Origin: Atractiella rhizophila
Lineage: Eukaryota
Length of the DNA stretch: 64,000 bases
Assembly (NCBI GenBank): GCA_021432655.1
Contig: MU271191.1
Location: 1-64,000, forward strand
Direction: 5' to 3'
This document shows, piece by piece, positions 14,201 to 25,850 of this stretch (the first letter of the stretch is position 1; each line of letters starts with the position of its first letter). The position numbers and the translations under genes are program-made. The notes under the pieces are model-generated. The model worked only from the letters and a program-made list of their open reading frames with translations. It ran no database searches and was not told where the DNA came from.

Positions 14201-14708
14201 TTTTGGAGAGGCCATGAATCTTGAAATTCGAAAGAGGTACGCAGCTTTCTTTGATGAAACCCGTTAAGTCGTTACTGATATGCGATGTTATTCCAGAATC
14301 GGCGAGCCACATGCTCTTGGAGAGCATGCTATCAAAATGCTCCTGCACGTTGAGTGCGGAGTCAGCGAGTGAGTTGTTTACGTTCGACGTTTGCGCCGTT
14401 CCTTGGTACACTTTTTCCCTTTTTCTTCCATTGTTATTTCGTGGCCCTTGGCCTTTCTTTTCCGCCTCCCTTTGCCCAGCATTCTGCTGTAACATGTCCC
14501 TTCTTGTGACAGTTAAAACATTTGATGTCGTTCGGTTTCGGCACCCTTTTTCCTTTTGCAAACAGCGCTGTTTCTAGCGCTCCCGATTTCTCCTTTCTCC
14601 GCCTCTCCTCTTCGATCAGCAATGCCGATAGTTCGTAGGAAGATAGGTCGGTTGGTTGGAGTTTGCACCGAAATAAGCAGAAGTGAATGTATCCCAGGAT
14701 TTGGGAAG
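11240..14708 (-). mobile_element. Ty1/Copia LTR retrotransposon internal region (gag-PR-IN-RT-RH), no LTRs visible
   Basis: Copia domain order: CFNCHKKGHVTAECW knuckle, WLADSGITSH protease, WHHVFGH..CEAC pre-integrase, YSDVWGP integrase, YKARLVAQGF/LYGLKQAG/WVDD RT, GFTDAD..ISGY..AISW RNase H. Frameshifts and stops present. Confidence 0.97.
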
Positions 14709-15253
14709 CTTGACCATCAATTGTACGAATATCTTCAAAAGATTTAAGACTTGGGATCTTATGAAGAAGTAGTCGAAGATAAAAGAGCTCCCCTTGTGAC
14801 CAATATAATATATCCGACCAATTGCATCGCCTTTCTCACGTATCTTCCGGCACTTTGAATTACTCTGCCAGACCAAATGTCAAGGGGCTTGAGGATAGGT
14901 CCACAATCGGGAGACCTGGGGAGAGTCATGGCAAAATTGGAAAAATTCGTTAAGCATTGTTTTCCCAATGTTTCTCCTTGAAAGCATATCTTCAGGTTGA
15001 TCATCTTCTACATTAAAAATGACCATCTGTTGATTTGGAAGATGAATGCTCAGTTGAATCACAGTTGGAGAGTGATCATGAAGCTTGAAGTGGAAAATCC
15101 GCCAGCGCACTATGAATAATAGCACTACTTAACTGTCAACTTTTGGAGAATGGACGAAACAAACCTTCCGAAGCACCAACATACCGTGCATCTAAATATT
15201 CTTTAATCTCGTCCACTGGCTCTCTCACTCCATTGGCATCCGATTCTAAGACT
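14709..15253 (-). mobile_element. Second copy of an internal Helitron segment
   Basis: Aligns by eye with 9992..10533 in the same orientation (cttgaccatcaattgtacgaatatc... to ...gattcta), with scattered substitutions and small indels. Confidence 0.9.
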
Positions 15254-15959
15254 CTTTCTTTTGGCCATGTCACCTTCTGACAGGATGATAGATGAACTCA
15301 AAGCTATGGTTATCAACGACCACTGTCTCACTAACCTCAATGTACTCGGCATGTTCGTCATAGACGGAGTACTGACTCTCTTACATGCTAATTCCATACA
15401 AACGACAGTGATATGCTTGTCCAAACCACTACGAAATGCCTTTTAGCAGCCATCACATGTGCGGAATGTGATGTCAAGCTTCCAATCAATACTGACGACG
15501 AAGAGTACATCTCTGAGGACCTGTGAAACAAAGCTCAAGGGGATACACTTGGCCACAACAGCCTTGGGGAGGAGACCCTGTTCGGCTTGAGGAGATGGGA
15601 GAATGTGGGTTCGCGGGAAGCCATTGGAGAGCTGCTAAAAGATGTGTTAAAGGGTGCAAAGATCGCACAACAGTTGTATCAGTGATGGAAGGAAGGACAT
15701 CCCGATTCGATGGAGGTGGCACCTGTTTTAGGTTGTCCATCTTCCTACCCTCGGCGTTGTCAAAGATGAAACTGAAGATCTCCTCTAGACTCATAGTAAA
15801 TCCCTAAGTAACTTTAGACTACCACAACCCGCAGAGTGACTACAAAGATGGGGAGGCAAGACAAGGATTATTGGAGAAGAACTTGCATATGATCGACCAC
15901 TACTTCACGCAGGTATTCAGACAGAGTTACTGTTATTAAATCTGGACCAAAGTCACACT

Positions 15960-17628
15960 TATGACAAGGTTGTAGAAGCATGGCAAAGTGGAAATGGTGG
16001 ATTATTTTTATCGATGGCCCAGGAGGAACTGGAAAGACTTTTGTTGAAAACCTATTACTTGCCAGGGTACGTTCAGCGGGGAAAATTGTGCTGGCAGTGG
16101 CCTCTTCCGATATTGCCGCTATTCTGCTGGAAGGTGGACGAATAGCCCATACTCGCTTCCAGATCCCATTGGACATTGAAGCTGATTCCGTCTGCGGTGT
16201 TACGGCTCAAAGTGATCACGGTCGACTTTGTCGAGAGCCAGAATTAATATTTGTGACGAAGTGGGAATGAGTCATCGATGGTGCTTTGGAGCAGTTGACC
16301 GGATGCTGAGAGACATACTTAAGGTGGATGTGCCTTTCAGTGGAGTTATTTTGGTTCTTGGTGGTAAGCATATCAAGTCAAAGAGTTCATGTCTGATAAA
16401 TAATTAGGCGACATGTGACAATGCCTCTCAGTCATCCCCAAAGCTTCACGTGTGCAGATCGTTGATGCATGTGTCATCAACAGTCCCTTTTGGCCAGCAG
16501 TTCGAGTCCTCCCACTCACAGTAAGTATGCGCCTGCTCCGTCGTCAGGCCGAAATGAGTAGCTGAGACTTTGCTATTGCCTCTGGCTTTGCTGAATGGTT
16601 GTTGTCAGTTGGTAATGGCGCAACAGATAACCCAGAAGACTGTGGCCATGGTCCATTGACTATGAAGGACCAAACAATAGTCCGGCGACCCATGGTCTGG
16701 ACAATCTCCCGACTGACATATACCCTGGACTGCGCACCATAACGCAAGATGTCAACCCAGTTGAGTTGAGGCAATACTTTCAAGAGCACATGGTCCTCAC
16801 GGCCTGGAATGTTGATGTTGACATGATAAACGATCAGCTTGTTCGACAATTTGTTTCCCAACAGGAACGTATCTACCTTTGTGCTGAGCGATTGATGGAC
16901 GACAGTGAGAGCATTCAACAAGGCTTCACAGTTGAATACCTGAATACTCTCCATATGATGGGTCTCCCCCTTCATCGTCTTCATCTCAAAGTTGGAGCCC
17001 CTATCATCCTAATACGAAACCTCAATCCTTCAGCTGGGCTTTGTAATGGTACACGGTTGACCATCACCCAGCTATCACCCAGCTGCTCTCCCATGTCATT
17101 GAGGCTACCATCAATGACAGGTGGATCCACAGGCACTTCAGTCCTCATCCCATGCATTGCATTGGATAGCAAGGTCTCCAATTCATTCCCATTTACCTTA
17201 TGCCAGTTTCAATTCCCTGTCAAACTGGCTTTCTGTCTCACCATCAACAAGTCACAAGGCCAGTCGGTGGAGACTGTTGGATTGTATTTGGACACACCAG
17301 ATTTTGCGCATGGACAACTTTATGTGGGGCTTTCTAGAGTTTCGAATGCTAAGAATCTTTGAGTTTATTTACACCAAGTGCAAAGGATAGAGAATGAGAG
17401 GATGGAAAATACAGTGTACAGAGAAGTTTTGAATTTTCACAATCAGCTGCATGTAGACCTATAATGAAATCATATAGATTCATACCAAAACCCATGTCCA
17501 TATGTGCTCGCCAAAGGCGAGGCCCCACGCAGTGACTGCCAGCGGCAAGAGCTCCAGGCAGTGGCGGCCAGAGGCTGGGGATGAAGCCCCTGGCGGGGGG
17601 GATGCCCACGAGGGCACTGATACACTCG
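15960..17628 (+). mobile_element. Helitron Pif1-helicase 3' half with probable 3' terminus
   Basis: FIDGPGGTGKTF, LKVGAPIILIRNLNPSAGLCNGTRL, QFPVKLAFCLTINKSQGQS, HGQLYVGLSRV, NTVYREVL. GC-rich hairpins follow, ending in tgccc-acga-gggca (17603..17616) and CTCG|T at 17625..17629. Confidence 0.9.
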
Positions 17629-17639
17629 TATTGACGAAG

Positions 17640-18560
17640 CCGCCAGTTGGGAAAGAGATAATATGCCATCCCCTTGTTCTCTCCATAATCGACCACCACT
17701 CCCATACACTCAAGTCGCAGGCTGCTTCGTCCAACAAGCGAGTTGTAGGCGGGTTGTTGGGACAGGATCAAGGTGGATTCGTCAATGTGGCTAATAGCTT
17801 TGCTGGTCTATCTCTCTTCTCTTGCTTTTTATTTCGTTACAATGCCCATATACTGCTGTTGGGATGTGTTGTTGGATACGTGAAAGAGACTGAAGGAAGA
17901 TTGGGATAGTTCCTTTCGAAGAGGATGACAAGGGCGAACACACCTGGTTCTTTGATCACAACTACATTTGCAAGCATGGCAGACATGTTCAAAAAGGTCA
18001 ATGGTTCGTCTCTTCTTCCACGGTGGTACCACATCGGACCCAAGCTCCATTCCTCAGACCGCGAGATTAATGAGGTCATCAAACGGTTCTATAATAAGCC
18101 GATGATGCTCATATGTGACATGAGAGGTACAAAGGGTGAGCAGCCAGTGGATGGATATGAAGCAGTGGAAGAAATAAAAGATGTTAGTTTTCTAATCTCA
18201 CTCTCCTTTTCCCTTGCATCATTTGTGAGAATGAAAACCTGACTGTAACGGAAAAAAAAAGGACGGATCCACCTCATCCTACACCTTCCACCACCTGCCA
18301 TCCTCGATCAAAGCCAAAGAAGCAGAGAGATTGGGGTCGAATACCTCCTCCGCGACGTCACCTCTCTCTCCTCGCACTCTGATGCCTCCCTCTCCTCCAT
18401 CGTCCACCTCCACCCCTCCTCCCTCCACCCCTCCCGTTCCCGCCTACTCGAGATCAGCGACTACCTCAAACAGGTCTTGCTGAGCAAGATGGAGATGAAT
18501 ATCGAGAACGGCTGCCTCCTTCAGGACATTTTTAACCTCTTATCTGGGTTGGAGGCGGTC
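17640..18560 (+). pseudogene. RPN8: 26S proteasome lid subunit Rpn8 (MPN domain) pseudogene
   Basis: HPLVLSIIDH..KRVVGGLLG..NVANSFA [intron 17806..17909] VPFEEDDK..WFFDHNY..DMFKKVN..WYHIGPKL..D.EINE..AVEEIKD [intron] ..GVEYLLRDV..EISDYL..LQDIFNLL. Frameshifts, a damaged intron, and no C-terminus. Confidence 0.9.
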
Positions 18561-19144
18561 GACGAACAGGGGAGTGGAACGCCTGTGACCGTGAAGCACT
18601 CGAACCATGTTCTCGCACTACAGAGAGAACGAACGGCTCAGGAACAAGTTTCAAACTGTTTGTCCCCATTAGGTAGTTTCGAATTATGTACCAATGTAGG
18701 CATCATGGCATTAAGAGACTCCACAGTTCCCTCAATTCACTCGCAGGAAGAGGATATCGGTGTGGTCAACCTTATCTCTTTCGGAAGGAAATTTTCTCAA
18801 CGTTCCCGAAGACTCTTCGAATTGAAAAATGAATTTTATTCCATTGGACTTTTTGCCATATCTTCTTCCAGCTGCTCAGGGACTGAAGAAAGTTTGGGAA
18901 AGTTCACAAAATTTCCTTCCGAAGGAGATAAGGTTGATGATCTGAATTGAATCGGTGTGTAGACTTTATTTCTTTCGCGATCTGGGACACAAACAACAGA
19001 AATAGACTGGAACACAAACACACAGAAGTTTCCTTTCCGCCTCGCAGCGACATTTCCCCCAGAATAACGCCAACAAGACCTGCAAGCAGAGTAACACGCT
19101 CCACAACTTCGCACAAGGAACCAACAGGCTCGTCCAGAGGTGTT

Positions 19145-20740
19145 ATGTCTTTGCAACCTACTTAGTACGGTTGCGTGGCTGACATCACCGACGTGGAGAA
19201 GATCGTCCACGCGAGTGTTGTTGGGAAGCTCGTTGATATGCCTAGAAAGTTAGGCGAGCAGGAGAGGGAAGAGCTAATCCAGCACGGCACCGTCTTCGTT
19301 TTTGAGGAAGGCAAAAGCGGGATGATGTGATGGACTGATCACTTGAAGGTGCATTATCCTCCTCGAACGTTCTGACAAAGGAATATATAAAGAGCTAACT
19401 GGTTATTGTTTTATGTCTTGATTGATCAATAATATCAGTGCGGGCAATCCAGAATGTCCGGCGTCTTTCTCACTTATACTGAACGGGACTATCCAAAGGG
19501 CGCGCGCTTCCTCTCACCACAGCCTCAATCTGTATCAACAGACAGGTACCGAGCGTGACTGTCGAGCGCTGGCACTTCGTCACGTATTACAATAGGGAGT
19601 ATCGTACCCTTCCACGAGTTAGTAACGATCCTGTCGGGATTTTGACGCATTGAGCGTCATTCATTACCACCTGTTCTGTGGCTGTTTTTCTTGAACCTTC
19701 TGGACTTCTATGCTTACCAATGTTTGCCACCTACTGTTAAGATATAAAAGCACTAGATTCTTTATCGTAATACCGATGAACTTGTAATTTCATCAGATCC
19801 AATCCTTAAATCCGTCAGCGTGCCATTTAAAATGTCAGTCCCGTCGAGGAACCAAAGCTGGAGAGGCGGATTCTATGGCGAGAGTTCCACCAGTGGTAGC
19901 ACAAGTCCCAGTCCCCCGAACCCACGTCTCGACGTACAGCCACGCCCCACCGCGTCCTTCAACCGCGATGTTCGCTGATCGTCGAACGCAAGCTCAACCT
20001 GCTCCCTTCCCTTCTTACTCCCAATCCCAAGCCTAACAGCAACCTCGTCCGAACTTATTCGGGAGAACCGGTCTGCCCTCTTCTTCAACGAACACCGCAA
20101 ACACTCCACTTCCTCCCATGCAGACACATCCTCCCACCCAACCCCAAAGTCAATCCTCTCGCGGGCTCTTCGGTGGAACAAGAGCCTCGACTCCTCCTCC
20201 TCAAGCCCCACGGCTCCGCCTCAATCATCAGGGGGTCTCTTCGGTAGAAGAGCACCAGGCCCTGGACGTCAAAAGGAGCAGCAGCCTCAGCAGCAAGCCG
20301 GAGGAATGTTCGGCATGAGGGCCTCCACTCCCCCACCTCCCCAATCCCAACATCTTGGGTCCGCTTCCCTCAACTCCTCCTCCCGCTCTTTCTGGGGACG
20401 CTCTTCCAATCCTCCCACCACCTCGAGAACGAGTGGCGAATACAACCACTCTGAGTATAGGTACGAAGGGGACAATATGATGGACGCTGATGAGGGAATA
20501 TGAGGCCTGGGCATGGGGATACAAAGGCTCTCGACTGGGATGGGGATGGGGAGGGCAAGGCTCCCTAGTGTCACCGTGATGACTGGGATGAATGGGTTGG
20601 GGAGTTACCAGAGAGGGAGGAGGATGAGTGTGGATATGAGAGGACCAGATGACACCGAGTACTTCACTCCTCATTGCAGAAGCAGAGAGAAACAGACTAA
20701 TGTGATCTTTTCGTGTTGTCCAGGATGTTACAAGCGCTAA
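19145..20740 (+). pseudogene. Gti1/Pac2 (WOPR-domain, Wor1/Ryp1/Ros1 family) transcription factor pseudogene
   Basis: Manual translation from ATG 19145: MSLQPT*YGCVADITDVEKIVHASVVGKLVDMPRKLGEQEREELIQHGTVFVFEEGKSGMM*WTDHLK [intron 19349..19438] CGQSRMSGVFLTYTE, which matches the WOPRa consensus. SDPILKSV near 19800 resembles the end of WOPRb, followed by a P/S-rich tail. Stops at 19163 and 19328. Confidence 0.85.
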
Positions 20741-21339
20741 TGAGAGGAACGAGATGACCCAAAAAGCCTGTGCAGCTTACCCTGTTCAAAAAAGGTGCAA
20801 CCGACCAACCGACTCAGTCAACATTCGGGCTCGCAAGCAGGAGCGATGAACCTCCTCAAAATTCTGTTGCATGCACAGGTTGTGGATCTACTTCATGATT
20901 TCACACCAATCCATTCATCCCCATAACCTCAGGCTTGTCATTCCTCATTTCGTTCATATGCACTAGAGACCTTTCAATTTCAATCACTTCAATCTGCTAG
21001 CTGAGTTCCAATCTGCTCTTTGTTCGTTCATTCAATCTCAGTGTTGGTGGTTACGGTTATGTTCACGTTCATATCACCGCTCATGTTTAGGTTCTGTCAC
21101 ACTCAATCTTTGCAAGCAGTTCCTTCAGTAGGGTCACAATGAGTTGGTATACAAGAACGGAGTGGTGGGGTGGGTGCGCGGAATGATCGTGCATGCTCGC
21201 GAGCCTGGATTGCAGTATAACAAAGATGAGCTGATCCAGGCAGGGCGCGAGAGCCTGCGTAAACCAACAGGCAAGACCGCGCAGAAAGGGACAGGGCAGA
21301 AGGCTCACACCAGATGCTGCTCGGCGCTTCAGGGCAAAG

Positions 21340-24300
21340 AGCAGTTAGCGCTTCTGACCTGCACCCAGAAGGAAGCGGCGAGAAGCCTGCTTGTGCAAGT
21401 TGGCGGGTTGGAGGAGGTCTCCGTACTTTGCCTTTCGTTCCCATAACTTCTTGTGGCCCTGGGCAGAGGTGATATCTTTGTTGAAGACGGTCTCAATATC
21501 TAAGGGCTCCATGTCATGCTTGAAGGACCGAGCAAAGTTGGCGAGGTTTGAGGGGAGGTGATGGTCCACGGGGAGAAAAACGTCTTTCTGGGCTAGGAGG
21601 GTGACTTCAGCGAACTGGTTAGGGATGTAGTCATGAAGGAACCGAAGGTACAACTCGTAGGATATGGACTTCCACCTGCCGACTAGTCGGATGTATTCTA
21701 CTCAAACCCCAGTTTCAGCAGTAGGGATGTGCCACCGATTCTGAAGCTGTGACCGGAAATAGATGCATACCCATTGTCCATCCAAATCTTATTGACCCAG
21801 TTGAGGAAGGCTTCCTTTGTGAGGGCATGCATCGAGCCTGTCTGCCTGTCGACATACATGAAAAGGTGGACAGTCTTATCTTCCGTGAAGTTGGTGCGAA
21901 GGTGATTTGTAAGCAACTCTAATGTCCACCAATGGTGGAACTGCGCTTGAGTGAAGCAGAGGAGGCGAGTGCATCCAGGGGGGAGGGTCCTGTCATGTCG
22001 CAAGTGGATACTGTAATAAGGTACACTTTCGTCCGTCACGCAATGCTCAATGTCGCCTCTTGTAATGGCAAATTCGGGATCGTACGATTTGTGGGAACGT
22101 ACTGTCGACTCTCCAAGGCGGAATAGGGTGAAGAAGGAGACGATGGCACATGCCAAGACTGCCGCATTGAAATGGGAGTTGTGGTTGAGGTTATTTACAA
22201 GGCAAGCGATCATGCCTAGTGTGATTGGAGGGCGTGGTGCTTTTTGGAACAGACTTCCCTGGAGTCTAGCAATTCCTTTGCACCAGATTTTCAGCTTGTC
22301 TGGCCTGTGATCCCAGATCCAGGGGTATCCATGGAGGATGTGCCACGCTTTGATGCCAGAGACATAGCGAGAGGCAGTGTCGACGCTGATGGTCCGAGAA
22401 GGAGCTCGGGCTTTAGGAACACCATCCATGGGTCCAGAGCACCAGAGTAAGAAACTGGAGATGAGTTGGGGAGAGGCATGGAACCGGTAGGAGTGTGGGA
22501 TCGCGCATTTGTCGCAGAACTCCAAATACTTCGGGAGGGCGGAGGAGTAAGAGTCCAGGGTGCCAGGGGCATATCCGGCGGCGGTTACCACCCTCTGAAT
22601 GCGCCGTATGACCTTGTTGTCAATGGTGAGGCGGGCTTAACTGCACCTAACAGGAATGTGGTCTCTGCAGATTTGCCGGGACGATGAAATTAGAGCTGCT
22701 CATTGGGAGAAGAAGGATGGGTATGGAGGAGAGCTTTTTAACTATAAGTGGAGATGAAGGAAGTATCTATGGCGAAATACTAATTGAACGGTTCAAATCT
22801 GGGTTCTGAAGAAGAAACGCTACATAAAAGGTGTGGATAGCTGCAGAAATAAGATACTAAATGTGATATTGGTGGACGGGGGAATGGAGTGACGGTCAAA
22901 GGGTGAGAAGCTGCCACGCGACAGCGAGTCAGTAGGATTATAAGCAGAGGCTAGCCAACACGAAGAGAGTTCGATAGTGAGCTGTTGGCAGATGGTGTAA
23001 ATGCGCTTCGGGGAGGAATTGGAGCTGACATTGGAAGTCCAACCTTTGTCAAGGATGAAGTGGACGCCTGTGTTATCGGTGTAAATGATGATGGAACGGG
23101 GGTGCGGTGAGGGGACGTTGAATTTAGAGGGCGACATGGAGAATAGGTGTTGGAGAAGATAAGTCCCCAGCTCGCAAGCCAGCATCTCGCCAAAGCCTAT
23201 CTCCTTGTCCGAGTGTGACAAGCTAGTCTTCCACCTCCAGACGGACCAGTGCCTTGGATCGCTGCGCTGATTCCCTAGGCCATACTTGCATCTCCGTACC
23301 ACTGGAAGTCTATTGGGTTCTCAGTGTCACATGGTAGGTGAGACAGGGTTGCCGTAGATAAGTGGGATAGCCACTTCTCTAAATCCTTGTGGAGGGGTTC
23401 CAAGGAGTGGTGTTGGACAGAGGAAGCTACCTTGGGGCCGAGTCTGTGTTTGATCTCATAGAATCGAGCGCTCTCCACATATAGTGGCCGCATGTATGGG
23501 CGAAGATATGGGAAGATAAGGACGACATGTTGACGAAACCCCAGGAGATACAGGAGTTCGGAGCGAGGAAAGGAACCAAAGGTGGGGGCGAGCCAGAGTT
23601 CTAGGAGGGTGACAGCTTTGAGGAGTTTCAGGCGGGGAAGGGACACGGAGCGGTTGATGAAGCTCCAAGTGAAACCAATGCACTTGAACATGTGAGAGAA
23701 ATCAAAGGCCTTCTTTCTGTTAATGTGAACACCTAGCTCTTCTAGGATATTCAGGATATCCCTCAGGTTGTACCACTGAGAGGCAGAGCGAGATCTGAAG
23801 AACAGGTTGTTGTCGACCCAGTGAATGGCAATCCAGGAGAGCGAGGAGACAAAGTCAATCCAGCAGTCGTTCAAGAGCCCATAATTGCCGGGACGAGAAG
23901 CACAACCAAAGGAGGCCACCGTATCTACCTAGAACTGACCTTTGAAGTCCTGGAAAATGAAATAGCGCCTTGAATCCGGGCTAGTTGAAAAAGTCCTGAA
24001 GGCAGCTTTGACGTCCAGAGTCATATCCTCGGTGTCTTGTGGAAGTGAGAGGAGTAAACGCTGCATGTATGGAAACCATCCCACCTGTTGCTGAAGAAGG
24101 TAGTGTCAATATACTCATTAATTGGCTTGAGAGGGGGTTTTGAGAGTGGAGTTACCGGGAGAAATCGACAATGAGGCGGCACTCGCCAGGTGCCCTACCT
24201 TGTCGACTATGGAGATTGGGCTAGTCCTCCAGACTCCATTGAAGACTATATCCAGGGTTGACTCTGTGAATGGACCGAGGAGACGGTTCAGCAGACATTC

Positions 24301-25850
24301 CTCCTGGTACCAACTGCGTACAAAGGCTTTCTTCGACTTCAAGGAGCATCCATTGTTCCTGCTCTGCAACATATTGAGCACCTATCTGATCTGGGGAACC
24401 AAAATGACTTGAGGGATTGCTTTGGTGGATCTTTTGGCATTTAATGGCTACATGTAGCTAGATTGGCCATTCATCGAACCAGGCTGCTGAACCGTTGGAA
24501 ACCGCACGGAGGTGCGAGGTGTCATGGGCATCCTTGATGAAGTCGATGAAGCGGCGTAAATCCCTTGAAAGGTTTGGTTTGTTGGCTTTCGAAAGAACCT
24601 GGAGGTAGCTGTTCATAGCTAAGTCCCATTCGCCCCGGTCGATGTTAAGGTCCTTTCCCTCCTTTATGATCTTGAAGATTATGTCGTCTCTGAGGCTATT
24701 GAAGGCACTGGAGCATACGGAGGCGTCGCTGGAGTTTATCGCTGCGTTGGTAGTTCTGATTTTTCTGCTTGATTTCCTCCTTGATCGACCTGGTGAAGCA
24801 GATTGCTGGAACGTAACTGTGTGGGTTGGAGAGGATCTACTTCTCCATCTTGTTTGGGACAATCTGGTGGAAGGGACAACGTTAGTACACTGTACTCTGT
24901 CATGTGATAACTGCAAGGAATTGGGGTGTATTCTATCCCACAATTTGGGAACAGGTCTTTGTTTGGTAAAGGGTTTGACTTGTGAATTTATTACTTTGAG
25001 ACACATAGTAGCATAGAGCGTGCGGCTCTGCTGCACTTTGGTACTTTGCGTTCATTAAGGCGAGAAACACGAAGGTTCTGCCGCGCTACTTTGGAGTACA
25101 TATGGCGAGGAGCACAAGGCTCTGCCGTACTTTGGTACTTTGGAGGACATTATAGCATGGAGTGTAGAGCTCTGCCATACATTGGTACTTTGAGGTGCTT
25201 TGGCAACCTTGAACTTTGCGGTCAGAGGGTTGTGACCAGTTGTACGTTGGTGTGTTGCAGAATACTTTGTACATTGGGGACTTACATTGAGTTCTAGGGG
25301 GGGCGTTTTCAAAGTTGAGGTCCATGCTTTGGTCGAAAAGCATGTTAATGCGGTCTTTCATGGCAGCGCTCCTGTCTTTGGCCAGCTGAATGAGCTCCGT
25401 CGCTCCATCTGCCTCCCGTGGCCACTTCTGGGGTTGGGTCGGTTGAAGTCCAAAGTTCTGATAAAAGTACTAGGGCTAGAGAGCAAGACCAAAGAGTTCA
25501 ATCGGAGGTAGGTGGTGTATAAAAGAAACAAAGGGTCGATCGTGCGGAGATGGACGCCTCTTGGTAGGGACATTTAAGCTGACGAGCCGGTTATGTAGTT
25601 CGTTATGTTCGTCCGTTACTGCTCTCGTCTCCTCCTCAAGGACGTCTTTTTCCATCTTCAGCTTGTCCACCTCCCTCTGCAGCTCTCCTACTCGTCTTTC
25701 TGCCCGGTGACAAGCCTCAACCCAGGAGTTGAAGACGCTCCTATTCCTGGATACTGTGTCTGTTTCCCTCATGAAACTTGCTTCACAAGCCAGAAGACGT
25801 TCCAAATCCACCTTTGGCACAACTTCCACTCCAGAAGCCATGATTCGAAT
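21340..25850 (-). mobile_element. Tyrosine-recombinase retrotransposon (DIRS order, probably Ngaro-like), degenerate
   Basis: Order gag-like (24458..25841), RT (LLGPF, TSPISIVDK, LDVKAAF, SFGCAS.PG, WVDN, IGFTW), RNase H (YGDAS, ELGT, YTDNTGV, NPTDSLSR), tyrosine recombinase (FRLGE, GHSFRIGG, GRWKS..YELYLR). Terminal repeats not resolved. Confidence 0.92.
21345..22591 (-). pseudogene. Tyrosine recombinase ORF of the DIRS/Ngaro element
   Basis: 297-aa ORF 21698..22591 with the catalytic R and HxxR. A frameshift near 21700 separates it from the GRW..Y motif, which continues in ORF 21345..21653. Confidence 0.9.

Noticed and set aside
21698..22591. Phage integrase, Starship captain or Crypton
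   Set aside because: Directly downstream of RT and RNase H on the same strand, which is the DIRS-order layout. It does not resemble a large DUF3435-type captain.
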